From Hypanus sabinus (Eukaryota), in NCBI RefSeq assembly GCF_030144855.1, contig NC_082726.1, positions 61,318,001 to 61,382,000 of the forward strand: a DNA stretch of 64,000 nt. The letters run 5' to 3'. Below the pieces are notes generated by a model. The model was given only the letters and a program-made list of their open reading frames with translations, was not told where the DNA came from and did not search any database. Each line of letters opens with the position of its first letter. Within the stretch, counting starts at the first letter, position 1. Below are positions 1 to 12,496 of this stretch, in pieces. Made by a program: the position numbers and the translations under genes.

Positions 1-2168
1 ACTGTGCAAATGCAAATATAAATAAATAGCAATACATAACAAGCATGGAAAAAGCGAGATAAAAGAGTCTGTAAATGTGTGCAGCTATCCCCTTCTGCTC
101 AAGAGCCCGATGGTTGAGGGGTAGTATCTGCTCTTGAACCTGGTGGTGCAAGTCCTGAGGCACCTGTACCTTCTTTCTGCTATGTTAGTAATAACGTTAC
201 CACAGCACCAACAACACGGGCTCAATTATGCTGCTGTCCGTAAGGATTTTGTATGTTCTCCCTGTGATCGTGTGGATTTTCTACCAGTGCTCTGGTTTCC
301 TATCATCTTCCAAAGGTGTGGATGAATTTGTCACATGGGTGGTGAGGCACACTGGACTGGATTGTCCTGTTATTGGACCGTATCTCCAAATAAAAAATAC
401 AGGTGGCTTCTCCCCTTCCTCTCACATAGAGGCGTTTTCTTTTCCTTGATGTCATTCCCTCTTCTAACCTGTTAGCTTCCTGCGCCAACTGCATCAGCAA
501 ATCAGCAACGCAGATTCATCTGCACTTTCAGCCTTGCTTTTCCTTTGTGTAACACAGTCTTTGTCAGACATCCGGAGAACACATTTCTTGTGAGTTGGGT
601 TTGGTTAAGTGGACCCTCTGGAGTGAGAGGAGAGGAAAAGGGCAGGAAGTTGGGTCAGAACCCAGAACTGCCCCCCACCCCTGAGGTTCTACCTGCTTTA
701 CAAAACTCTCCAAATTCTGTTTCAACCCACTTAGTACATGCTGACCTAATCGTCTACTTAATCCCATCAATCCTTCAAAACCTCTCCCATATATTTACCT
801 TTCCAAACTTCTCTTGTTACAATTGATCCCACATTTTTCACTTCCACTGGCAGCTTGCTCCGTACTCGGACCACCCTTTGAGTGGAGATAGTGCCCTACG
901 GTACTATAACACAGGAACAGGCCCTTCAGCCAATTTAGTCAGTGGCAAGCTGTTATTCTGCCTAGTCCCATCGATCTGCCCCTGAACGATAGCCCTCCAC
1001 AGCCTTTCCATCCATATTTCTCCTAAGTTATGAAATTGAACCCACATCCCACCACTCTGCTGGCAGCGTGTTCCACTCTTTCACCACGCTCTGAGTGAGA
1101 AGTTCCTCCTTAAATATTTCAACTTTCACCCTTAACCTATGACTTCTCGTTGTAGACTTGCCCAACCTCAGTAGAAAAATCTGCTTTCATTTACGTTATC
1201 TATACCCGTCATAATTTTGCCTACCTCTGTCAAATCGCCTCTCAATCTCCTACACTTTGATTAAAATAGAGCAATATTGGCACACTTTATTGGCAATCTT
1301 TATTGCCATAATGTGAGAGCAGTACTGGAAAAATTATTTTCTTTTAACAACATTTATAAATGTTTGTCTTAAAACCAGATTTTATTTGCACAAGTTTGTT
1401 GACCTTGCATATTGGTTGAATGCCCGAGTTGGTGTGGTGTGATTCTATTATGGATTTATTGCGTTTTCGCACCAGAAAATGAATCTCAGGGCTGCATATG
1501 GTGACATTATGTACTTTGATAATAAATTTGAACTTCGAGATTTAAAAGAGGATAAATCTGGGCCTGTTGTATTAGTCCTCCCCCCAGTGGACAGTCTGCC
1601 ATACTGCAGCTTCTTTTTGCATACCAGACAACAGCTGAAAGATTGCAATGAAATCAACCTTTCCTGTTCAGACTTAAATAACAAAACAATAATGATAGGG
1701 TGTAGTCGTCAGATTGACACAAATATAGCTTGGAGTCTGGCGTTCAGTTCCGGTGCCCTCAGTAAGGAGTTAATTGGTCTTTGTAAATAGGCGAGGGTTA
1801 AATAGGTGGGTTTCCGGGCAGTGTGGCTCATTGAGCTCTGGCTTCCTCCCACAATCCAAAGATTAGTAAGGGTCAGTCAGCTATGGGCTGGCCAGGCTGG
1901 TGCTGGAATCATGACAGCACTTGCAGGCTGCCCTCAGCACATCCTCAGACTGCATGGGCCGTTGATGCAAAAGCAATGCAATTCACTGTATGTTTTGATG
2001 TTTTGATAAACATATGACAAATAAAGCTAATCTTTTATATTTTCTCCTGTTTCCATTTCCCCTGCTCTCATGATGTGATGTAATTTCTCTCTTTGGTGTG
2101 CTGGTGATAACTTTAAATTGATGAATCATAAATCTGCAAAACCAAAATGGCATTTCAGTTGTTAATTA

Positions 2169-2460
2169 TGTTATGTACCCTGTAACTGGGTGTTTAACCA
2201 GCAGAGAAAGAAGAATCCATTGGAGTCTGGTGGTACCAAACTAAAGGTGTTTATTAATAAAAATAAGCAAAACCATATCAATAATGCAAATATACATATA
2301 AAACCAGTTAGCAGTAATAAACCTAAAAGTATAGGAATAATAATAATAAGCAATAATAAACAAGCTCTATCAATGTCTAGGGGTAAATAAATTGTCATAG
2401 AATATAAAGTTCACTTCAGTTCATGAGTGCTGATGTAGTTATGGTTGTTGAGTTGTAATC

Positions 2461-2521
<61 letters not shown>

Positions 2522-3161
2522 GGTGAGCGAGATATAACAGCTACAACAGCCAAACCTTCCTTTGCTTTCTTAAATCCGTCATATTGTTGTTATAGTGGTC
2601 ATTCAGTTATGACCCCTCTGGTCTTCAGCCAGACCGTTCTTCTGTGGTGGACTCGTCACTCTGGCATGAGTGGACACACACACAAGTCCCCACTGGCCCA
2701 GCTTTAACACTGATTGCCTTACTGACCAACCTCCTGGTTCGGTCTTCGAAGTCCCCACCTTTCTTGTGGGTTCCAACACTCAATCGGTGTCCACTGGCAT
2801 GTCTGGAGGGTGTCTCTCCAGACCTGTCTTTTATCCCTACTAACGGGGTCTCAGCTATCCATCACTCCTGAATGACCATGTCCATCAAATCAGGCCACTC
2901 CTTCAGTCCACTGAGGAATGTTTATGAGCAAACTATTGTCCTTGCAGCGAAACAGTAAATAATTCAAAAAAGGAGTCGCAATACAGTTAATCAGCAATTT
3001 CCCCCTCTCTCTTATCTGTCGCAGATGTTCTTGCCTGTTTTTCGTCTCTCTTTCTCATGGTCAACACAACAACAGTAATAGTTCGTGGTTCTCAAGGTGG
3101 GGGGGGGGGATAGTTAACTCTTCACCCCATTGTCCATCAGGTCTGTTCATCACTCATAACA
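2169..3161 (-). mobile_element. Solo LTR (993 bp) of an LTR retrotransposon/ERV
   Basis: Ends TGTTATG...CATAACA (7-bp inverted termini, TG..CA). Flanked by a 4-bp TSD ATTA (2165-2168, 3162-3165). AATAAA on the minus strand near 2250. Strand is tentative. Confidence 0.8.
2465..2516. repeat. (GA)26 microsatellite inside the solo LTR
   Basis: Direct read of the sequence. Confidence 0.97.
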
Positions 3162-4044
3162 ATTATTACACATTGCTACGTATAATGTGTAACATCTTTG
3201 CATCAGATCTACAGAATAGATGCGTTCTCTGTACATCTTGTCAGGAATTGCAGAAAGGACCTTATTTTTTATTGATATGAATGATCTCAACCTGAAGTGT
3301 TGACTGTCCATTTCCTCCCATAGGTGCTGCCTGACCCACTGAGTTCCTCCAGCATCTTGTGTGTTGCTCCAGATTCCCACATCTGCATCTCTAGTGTCTG
3401 TTTATTTTTCATTCATCTCTTGGGAAGTGGAACTCAATAGAAAAGCCCATCCCTTAGACAGTCAAGTTCAAATTTAAGGTTATTTTCAAATGCACAAATA
3501 TTTGGGTGCACAGATGTAAGGAAGAACCCACTTACAGCAGCATCTCAGGCACAGAGCATCAGATAAGCAGCATTCACAACAGAAACATAAATTATGCACA
3601 GTTTTTACAAGAAAAACAGAATTAGAAGAAAAAAATGCCAAGTCCGTTTTACTGTAAACAAAGTAGTCATAGTGTTACTAAACATATGGTTCAAGAACTA
3701 AACCGCTGAAGGCAAGTAACTGTTCTTGCTTCTGTACCTCCTGCCCGATGGTACCTGCGTGAAGAGAGCATGACCGGGATGGTGGGATGTTTGATAATGG
3801 ACGTTACTTTCTTGCTACAGCACTTATGAGCTAATTTCTTGAATCTGGCTAAAGTACTCCCACAATACCGTTAGGTCAAGAGAGGATTTTGACTAAAGCT
3901 CAATCAACATGATCAGGATAGTGTTTGATTTGGAGGGGTATCTGCATGTCACAGAGGTCTGTGACCTCTACCACCGACAAGGTCAGAAGTGGAAGTGGAA
4001 TAGAAGTATCTTCAACTTTTTCATGATTGATTAGTAACAGGTCG

Positions 4045-4325
4045 GTGACACGGTAGCATAGTGGTTAGCACAACGCTTTACAGTACCAATGACCCAGGTT
4101 CACTTCCCACCGTTGTCTAAGAGGAGTTTTACATTCTCCCTGAGGCTGCATGAGTTTCCTCCTGGCTCTCCAGTTTCCTCCCACAGTCCAAAGACGTTAT
4201 GGTTTGTAGGTTAAGTGATCATAGTGAATTGTCCCGTGATTAGGCTAGGGTTAAATCAGGGTTGCTGGGCAGCACTGCTCAACAGGCCTGAAGTGCCTAC
4301 CCTGTGCTGTATCGCAATAAATAAA
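4045..4325 (+). mobile_element. tRNA-derived V-domain SINE (HE1-like)
   Basis: A/B-box-like head (tagcatagtggttagc...ggttcacttcc), V-domain-like gtttcctcc...gtttcctcccacagtccaaagac, A-rich tail. Related copies lie near 22365, 52912 and 62018 (+) and near 5630, 46660, 56280 and 58940 (-). Confidence 0.75.
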
Positions 4326-4577
4326 CTTTAAAAAAGTTGTTCCTGTTCAGCTTCCACTCTTGACCTTCAAGGTGGAAGAGGTCATAAATTCAGGAGGCAT
4401 TGCTGGAGCAACCCTGCAGCGTATTGCTTTATTCAGCGTTGCCACATAGTGACAGGCCCTTCTGGTCCAATGACCCATGCGGCCCTTGTGACTGATTAAG
4501 CTACTAACCCGTGCGTCTTTGTAATGTGGGAGGAAGCCAGAGAATGTGGAGGAAACCCACGTGGTCACTGTGAGATT

Positions 4578-5059
4578 AGAACCATAGAACACTACAGCAC
4601 AGTACAGGCCCTTCAGCCCTCCATGTTGTGCCAACCTATATAATCCTTAAAATAAAGTACTAAACCCACACTACCCCATAATCCTCTATTTTTCTTTCAT
4701 CCATGTGCCTGTCCACGAGGCTCTTAAATACCCCTAATATTTTAGCCTCCACCACCATCCCTGGCAAATCATTCCAGGCACTCACAGCCCTCTGTGTAAA
4801 AAACTTACCCCTGATGTCTCCCCTAAACTTCCCTCCCTTAATTTTGTACATATGCCCTCTGGTGTTTGCTATTGGTGCCCCGGGAAACAGGTACTGACTA
4901 TCCACCTTATCTATGCCTCTCGTAATCTTGTAGACCTCTGTCAAGTCCCCTCTCATTCTTCTACGCTCCAAAGAGAAAAGTCCCAACTCTGCTAACCTTG
5001 CTTCATATGACTTGTTCTCCAAACCAGGCAACATATTGGTAAATGTTCTCTGCACCCTC
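4578..5059 (-). mobile_element. 5'-truncated CR1 LINE inserted into a SINE
   Basis: CR1 ORF2 C-terminus LGLFSLERRRMRGDL...FFTQRAVSAWNDLP. It splits a minus-strand SINE (about 4430-4577 and 5060-5155), with TSD AGATT (4573-4577, 5060-5064). Confidence 0.85.
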
Positions 5060-5245
5060 AGATTGTACAAGCTCCTTACAGACTGGGGCAGGAATCAAAC
5101 TCTGGTTGTTGGTGCTGTAATACTGTTATGCTAAGAGCTACACTACCGTGCTGCCCTTTATAGACGGCACACAGTCCAGCCACAGAGTGCCAGAGGTGGA
5201 GAGGTTGAATACTTAAACTTACTCTCCTGAGTGCTTGTTTTTCAG

Positions 5246-5474
5246 ATTCCTGATTCACCCAAGCACGGGAGTTATCTACACTCAGCCCTGGGCAGTACTG
5301 GATGCTGAAGAACGATCGAAGTACAACTTCCCCATCAAAGCAGAGGATGTGGAAGGGAAACACAGCTTGGCGGAGGTCTTTGTGATGGTTCTCGACGTAA
5401 ACGACCACTATCCAGAATTTAATGAGAACATTTTGGACAAGGTTATGATTATTGGATCACCTGTAAAAGTTGAG
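5246..5474 (+). CDS. CDHR1: CDHR1 (photoreceptor cadherin/PCDH21) internal coding exon, cadherin repeat region
   Basis: Acceptor tttttcAG (5244-5245) and donor GTAAG at 5475. Translation [21 protein letters not shown]...DVNDHYPEF...GSPVKVE matches recalled human CDHR1 ([21 protein letters not shown]...DVNDHPPQF) and has the cadherin Ca-binding motifs LDxE, AxD and DxNDxxPxF. Upstream exons were not found in the window. Confidence 0.95.
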
Positions 5475-6564
5475 GTAAGCGAGTGGAGCTGAATAATTTA
5501 CTCTATTTGTTCTCTTCATTGAGCACAATGATAAATAACATTGGGGTCTGTAATGCTTACATTTTCCTGGAGGAAAATTTCAGACTGGCTAGAAAATTAG
5601 CTTTATTTTGTCACATGTACATTAAAACATAGAGTGTAATGTGGTGTTTGCATCAACAGCCAACACGCTACAAGGTATACCATACGACACTATGCTGGTC
5701 GCCAGAGTTTTGCCACACTTTTGACACCAGCATTCCCACAACTTACTAACTCTAACCTGTACATCTTTGGAATGTGGGCAGAAACTGGAGCACCTGGAGG
5801 AAAGCCACACTGCCTCTGGGAGAACCTTCAAATTCCTTACAGACCTGCGGTGGGAATTGAACCCGGGCGGCTGGCACTGTAAAACGTTACTATGCTACTG
5901 TGCACCCCGTATACCATATCGGGCCAGGAATCTTTGCCATGCCCCAATATGCAATGTTGCTGAGCAGAGGGTTCACGATGAGTTATGACTCAGGGCTTTA
6001 ACAGAATTGGAAAAAGTTTGAACAGGGGCTGGCACCAGAATTTCATACCGACTCCTCTGTACCCTTGTGGAAATTTGACAATATTGTGACTGCAGTTCCA
6101 TAGAGAATGGAGCATCAGGAATCACTTCTAAAGTTAAGGCATGATGATTAACAGTAGTACCTGTTGCAGATCGAGTTGCAGAGTCATAGAACGATACACC
6201 GTGGAAACAGGCTCTTTGATATAACTGGTCCATGCCAGTGAAGATCCCCATCTAGGCTAGTCTCACTTGTCCAGATTTGACCCATACCTGAACCTTTCCT
6301 ATCTATCTACCTGTTCAAGTGTCCCAAGTGTTGATATTGTACTGGCCTCAACTACTTCCTCTGGCTGCTCCCTCTGTTCATACCTCCCTCTGAAGAAGTT
6401 GCTCCTCAAGTGCTGAATAAATCTTCCCCCTTCCACGTTAAACCATGCCCTCTAATCTTTGACTCCCTTTCTTTGTGACGAAGTCTGTGTGAATTCTCCA
6501 TGTGCTTTCCCCCTCATGTTTTATACATGTCTACAATGTCAAACTTCAATCTCCTATGCTCCAG

Positions 6565-6960
6565 GTCCTTGTTCATTCGTTATGTGCCATGTCGCATGAC
6601 GCGGGTGATCATGTTCTGTCCAGGACCATGATTGTTCATGGCAAATTTTTCAGCAGAAACTGTTTGCCATTTCCTTCTTCTGGGCAGTGTCTTTACAAGA
6701 TGGGTGACCCCAGCCATTATCGATACTCTTCAGAGATTGTCCACCCGGCGTCAGTGGCCGCATAACCAGGACTTATGATATGCGCCAGCTCCTCATATAA
6801 CCATCCACCGGCTGCTCCCATGACTTCACGTGATCTGATTTGGTGGGGGGGGGTGGTGCTAAGCAGGTGCCATACCTTGCCCAGGGGTGATCTGCAGGCT
6901 GGCAGAGGTAAGGAGCACCTTACACCTCCTTTGGCAGAGATGTGTCTCCATACTGCCATC
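6565..6960. repeat. Unclassified interspersed repeat (about 400 bp); other copies near 34430-34730 and 42900-43270
   Basis: Shared ...gggtgaccccagcc...ggtgatctgcaggct...acacctcctttgg.agaga..tatctcca sequence in three places. Confidence 0.7.
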
Positions 6961-8131
6961 CAGCTGAAGTCCTGGCCCAGCTATTGCTCACTCTCTTAAG
7001 TCCTGGAAACATTCTTGTAAATCGCCTTTGCATTCCTCCCAGTTTGATGACATCTCTCCTATAACAGGGAACCAAAACAGTACATAATGCTCCAAATGAA
7101 AGTGATGGTAGATGGTAGACTGAACCAAAAAAGGAGAGAGAAAAGAACAGAGGGAGTGAGGATTACCTGAAGTTGGAAAAGTTAACGTTTATGCTATTGT
7201 GTGACAAACAACACTGATGCCGGCATCTTAAAGTCATTGAAAATAACAGTTCTGCCTGGACTAGAGGGCATGTTGAATGAGCTAAGACGTTTCTCTTTGG
7301 AATGAAGGAGGATGTGAAGTGACTTGATAGATGATAAGAGGCATAGATCAAGTGCACAGCTGGAGACTTCTTTTTTCCAGGGTGGAAATGGCTAATACAA
7401 GTTGGCTCAATTTTAGGGTGACTGGAGGAAAGTATAGAGGGGATGTCAGAGGTAAGTGTTTTTACCACGAGAGTGGTGTGTGCTTGGAATGTTCTGCCAA
7501 GGGTGGTAGTGGAGACAGTTATATTAGGAGCATTTAGATTGCCACGTGGATAATAGCAAAATGGAGGCTATGTAGGACAGAAGGGTTAGATTGACTTAGA
7601 GCAGGCTGAAGGGTCTGTAGTGTGCTGTAATATTGTATGTAAGGAAGATGTCATATCCGAGGCCACCCCACCCTGCAATTGGTCTATAACACATAGCTCA
7701 ATTAAGTCTCCCCTCAGCCCCTCAGCCCCTCAGCCACGGTTTATCTAATCGTCTCCCTTTGCTCCATTTTCTGGTTCTGACCATATCCCCCTAGGCTGTG
7801 CGCCTGGCCCGGAGGTGGAGGACTGTCCAGGTGAGTGGGAGGGAGGGAAGGAGGAACGGGGCTTGTGGCATTGTTGCTTGCTGTGTTCTGGGCATGCTCT
7901 GCTGGCACCAGAATGTGTGGCGACACTTGCGGGCTGCCCCCCCGCACGTCCTTTGGATGTGTTGGTCGTTAACGTGAACGACGCATCTCACTGTATGTTT
8001 CAATGAGCATGTGATAAATGAATCGGTATCTGAACCGGAACTGGCATCCATGCGCAGGATTTGGAGTCAATGAGCACCACAGCAAGGAACGAGACAATAA
8101 TTGTGTTTCCTGTGCCAAACTTTTAACGCAG

Positions 8132-8386
8132 GCCAAAGATGAGGATGCGGAGGAACCAAATAATGTTGTAGATTACTCGATAATGCAAGCTGACCCGGCC
8201 AACGTTTTCGACATCGATCAGGCCACGGGAGAGATAGTGTTGAAGTCCTACATCAGATCTCTGGAGGTCATTCACAACATCACCAAAAACAAGGACTGCC
8301 AGTGGTCCTTGATTGTGCAAGCTAAAGACAGAGGCTCTCCCTCCTTCAGCACAACAGCGGTTGTAAGAATTGATATTACAGAGGAG
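8132..8386 (+). CDS. CDHR1: CDHR1 penultimate coding exon (last cadherin repeat), phase 0/0, 85 codons
   Basis: Acceptor aacgcAG (8130-8131) and donor GTAAGT at 8387. [17 protein letters not shown]...[22 protein letters not shown] matches recalled CDHR1 [17 protein letters not shown]...[13 protein letters not shown]. Confidence 0.95.
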
Positions 8387-8545
8387 GTAAGTGTACATTA
8401 CATAGAAGAGTACAGGAACAAGCCCTTCAGCCCACAATGTGCTGAACTAATTAAACTAGTAATTAAACAATCCCTTTTGCCCTCAGAATGTCCATATACC
8501 TTCATTCTCTGCACGTTCAGGTATCTACATAAGAGCCTCTAAAAT

Positions 8546-8630
8546 GCCTCTGACATACCTACCTCTGACATACCTACCTCTGACATACCTGCCTCTGACA
8601 TACCTGCCTCTGACATACCTGCCTCTGGCA
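8546..8630. repeat. 15-bp minisatellite (RCCTCTGACATACCT) x about 5.5, inside a CR1 remnant
   Basis: Direct read; it produces the spurious PLTYL repeat in ORF 8544..8810. Confidence 0.95.
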
Positions 8631-9161
8631 ATTTCAGGCACCCAACACTCTCTGTGGAAAAATAATACTTGCCTCGCATGTATTAAAGTAAGTTTAACTT
8701 ACTCCGCCTCTCTCCTTAAATATATTAGACATTTCCACCCTGGGAAAAATGTATCATCACTCTACTCAATGCCTCTCAAACTTATAAACTTCAATCATGC
8801 CTTCATTTAATGTATGTCACTCCAGAAAATATGGTCCCTCCTTATACCACATGCCCTTTAATCCAGGTATACCACATGCCCTTCCTATAATGGGGTGAAT
8901 GCAAAACTCCAGAATTAGCTTCCCCAGGATTTTACGAAGTTGCAACATAACTTCCTGGCCTGGAACTCATTGCCTTGGCTACTAAAAGCAAGCATACCAC
9001 ACACCACCTTTACCATCCTACCAACGTGTACAGCCGCTTTTAGGAAGCTATGGATCATTCTGTGTATCAACACTGTCAAGAGTCTTGGTATTAACAATAT
9101 ACTATCCCCTCACATTGGAAATTTTCCCTGAAGTTGAACCTTTCGAGAATAAAATGCTTCA

Positions 9162-9350
9162 CAAACAAAATGCTGGAGGAACTCAGCAGGTCAGGCAGCA
9201 TCTATGGAGAGGAATAAACAAATGACGTTTCAGGCCGGGACTTTGACTGTTTATTCCCTTCTATAGATGCTGCCTGATCTGCTGAATTCCTCCAGCACTT
9301 TGTGTGTGTTGCTCTGCATTATTAGCATCTGACGAATCTCCTGTGTTTAC
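9162..9350. mobile_element. Short palindromic Penelope-derived insertion
   Basis: About 55-bp inverted arms spanning 9166-9302. Flanked by the 11-bp direct repeat AAAATGCTTCA (9151-9161, 9351-9361). Confidence 0.75.
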
Positions 9351-9491
9351 AAAATGCTTCAAACCTGCATCACAGGAACAGTTCAGAAAAGCAGAGATCA
9401 GTAATCAAAATAATAGAACATTTCCAGAAACTTCATTACTTACTTATAATTTTATTCATTATTTCATAATTTTCATAATCTTACTTTGGGC

Positions 9492-11020
9492 CAGAATCAG
9501 AATCAGTCTAATATCACATGCATTTGTTGTGAGATTTGTTAACTTTACAGCAGCAGTAAAATGAATACATGATAAAGAAATATAAAGGAAAAAGAGTTAC
9601 ATTAAGTATATAAAAGTCTATTAAATAGTTAAGCTAAAATAAGTAGTGCAAAAAAACCGGAGATAATAAAGTAGCGAGGTAGTGTTCGTGGGTTCAATGT
9701 CCATTTAGGAACTGGATAGTAGAGGGGAAGAGGCTGTTCTTCAGTCACTGAGTGTGTGCCTTCAGGCTTCACTACCTCCTTCCCGACGGTACCTGTGTGA
9801 AGAGGGCTTGTCCTGGGTGGTGGAGATCCTTAATGATGGACACCACCTTCCTAAGGTACTGCTCCTTGAAGATATCTTGGATACTACGGAAGCTGGTACC
9901 CATGATGGAGGTGACTAATTTTACAACTCTCTGCAGCTTATTTCAATCCTATGGAGTAGCACCCCCCCCCCCCATACCAGACGGTGATGCAGCCAGTCAG
10001 AATGTTCTCTGTCGTACCAGTGTAGAAATTTTTGAGTGTATTAATTGACAAGACAAATCTCTTCAAACTCTTAGTGAAGTAATACCTGCTCTCTTGCCTT
10101 CTTTATAGTTGTGACTATATGTTGCAACTAGATATATATATATATATGTGTGTGTTACGACCAGGTTAGGTCCTCAGAGATCTTGACACCCAGGAACTTG
10201 AAATTGCTCACTCTCTCCACTTCTGATCCCTCTGAAGATTGGTTTGTGTTCCCTCCTCTTACCCTCACTGGAGTTCACAACCAGCTTTTTGGTCTTGCTG
10301 ACATTGAACACACGGTTGTTGCTGTGACACCACTCAACTAACTGATACATCTTGCTCCTGCACGGCCTCTCGTCACCATCTGAAACGCTACCAAAAATGG
10401 TTGTATCATCAGCAAATTTATGGATGGCATTTGAGCTGTACCTAGCCACACAGTCATGGGTGTAGAGAGAGTAGAGCAGTGGGATAAACACACACCCCTG
10501 TGGTGTGCCACTGTTGATTGTCAGCGAGGTGGAGATGTTATTTCCAGTCTGCTCAGATTGTGGTCTTGCAGTTAGGAAGCTGAGAATCGGTTGCGGAAAG
10601 AGGTACAGAGGCCTAGGTTCAGTAGCTTTTCAATCAGGAATGATGGTGTTAAAAGCTAAGGTATAATCAAAAAAGAGTATCTTGCTGTTGGTATCTGCAT
10701 TGTCCAGGTGATCCAAGGCTGTGTGGAGAGCGATTGAGATCAGGTCTGCTGTAGACCTCTTGTGGCGACAGGCAAATTGCAGTGGGTCCAGGTCCTTCCT
10801 GAGACAGGAGCTGATCCTAGCCATGACCAACCTCTCAAAGCACTTCATCACTGCAGATGTGAGTGCTACTGGATGATTGGTGTTGAGGCAGCTCACACTG
10901 CTCTTCTTGGGCACTTTAGAAGCAGATGGGAACTTCCGACTGTGGCAGTGAGAGATTGAAAATGTCTTTATATACTCCCGCCAGTTGGTTAGCACAGGTT
11001 TTCTAAGCCTTACCAGGTAC
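9492..11020 (-). mobile_element. Degenerate 5'-truncated Rex1/Babar-type non-LTR retrotransposon
   Basis: RT fragments [30 protein letters not shown] and KFADDTT, with a (GATTCT)n-like 3' tail. Confidence 0.8.
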
Positions 11021-11030
11021 CTTATGTGAC

Positions 11031-11114
11031 CTTAAACAGCGCCTGGAGAGAAAAATGAAAGAAGATGCTTCTAAGTTGTACTTATAAAATGTTTGGATGC
11101 TACTATAAGTATTG
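11031..11114 (+). repeat. 84-bp intronic duplicate of the CDHR1 stop-codon region (15812-15895)
   Basis: 81/84 identity by direct alignment. Confidence 0.95.
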
Positions 11115-12496
11115 TAGCCGTACACCATGAGGAGTTGATCATGATGCATCCACCTCTACCTCTGGTTTTGAGAGACTAGACTGATCTATCTTGACGATGA
11201 ATTGTGAACCCGTCTATTACTAATCACTGTGTCTGGCACGGAAGGAGTTAACCAAGATTCCATAAAACAATGACATGTCTGAGTTTCTTGTTGTGACATG
11301 AATTCAGTTTGCTAGTTGGATCATTTGTTTCCCAGGCAGTAAGTTTTCTACACTTAGTATCCCCAGTGGAGTCTAGTCCAATTACTGAATGGCCTGAATC
11401 CTATTACTTAAATGCTCACAGGGAACACAGCAGTAACATTGATCTATTGCTTCCAGGATTGCTAATTAACACCTCTGCACATGCTGTGACATGGTGGATT
11501 TCAATAATAGGATTTCTTGTGGTCTCCAAGTATAAGACCATCAGACCATAAGATATGGGAGCAGAGTTAGGCCATTTGGCCCATTGAGTCTGGTCTGTTA
11601 TTCGATCATGGCTGATTTATTCCTCTCAACCTCATTCTCCTGCCTTCTTCTCGTAACTTTTGATCAAGGGAGTTCTATTGACTTTAAAGCTGGAAAATAT
11701 GGATCCTTGTGACTTTGAGCCCATTGAGGCACGCAGAATTCCAAACCACAACAAGGTTGTGGTCCTCTTGGAGGGGATGATCCATACTGTGTTGATACAA
11801 GTCATGGTATTTAGTTAGGGAGATGCATTTACCCAAGAATTTATTACTTGTTCATGAACTGTGGTAATGGATTGGATTTAGAAACAGAAACTGCCCACCA
11901 AAACTGCAGCGAGATGCACTGGGATTACAAATGGTTCATCACCTCTCTCCACACCCCCAGCATCACCCTTAACTTACATCCCACATCCTCCATTGGTAAG
12001 TGCAAAGGTGAAAGTTCTTGCAGTCTTTGAGGACAGCTTTCATCTATTTACAGTCAAACTGTCGAAGTTGTATAAGACATTGCTGAGGCCTAATTTGGAG
12101 TATTGTGTGCAGTTTTGGTCACCTACTTACAGGAAAGATGTGTGAGGAGATGTAAAGTTGATCTAACAAGCATAAAGGCAGAAAGCCCCACTTCAAGCTC
12201 ATTGAGGTAAAAGTCAAATGCCTCAAATATTTAAATTAACATTTAATTGTATGTGCATATGTGTTTTATTGTGTCTTTCACTGTAAACAGAAAATGGACC
12301 AAGTTGAATTATCAAACTGTTGCTGCTAACTTGATTACTAAACGTGGTTTATGATTCTAATAGTCTACCAGACTGCCCACATCATGAAAGGATTAATAAC
12401 TGGATGTTATACCATCGCACAAACTGATCTCAGAGAGCAAGTTTGATCGTGCACTTAGATCAGCATCACTGAAATCTAATGTTTTAACATTTGCAG

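Noticed and set aside
2462-2707. ER-repeat protein ORF
   Set aside because: It is the translation of a (GA)n microsatellite inside a solo LTR.
4050-4115. tRNA gene
   Set aside because: It is a tRNA-derived SINE head continuing into V-domain sequence, with no clean cloverleaf.
1-5245. Additional upstream CDHR1 exons
   Set aside because: No cadherin-motif frame with splice sites was recognised and the region is mostly repeats. A very short exon could have been missed.
8544-8810. PLTYL repeat protein or CRISPR-like array
   Set aside because: It is a 15-bp tandem minisatellite with no spacers, lying in a LINE remnant.
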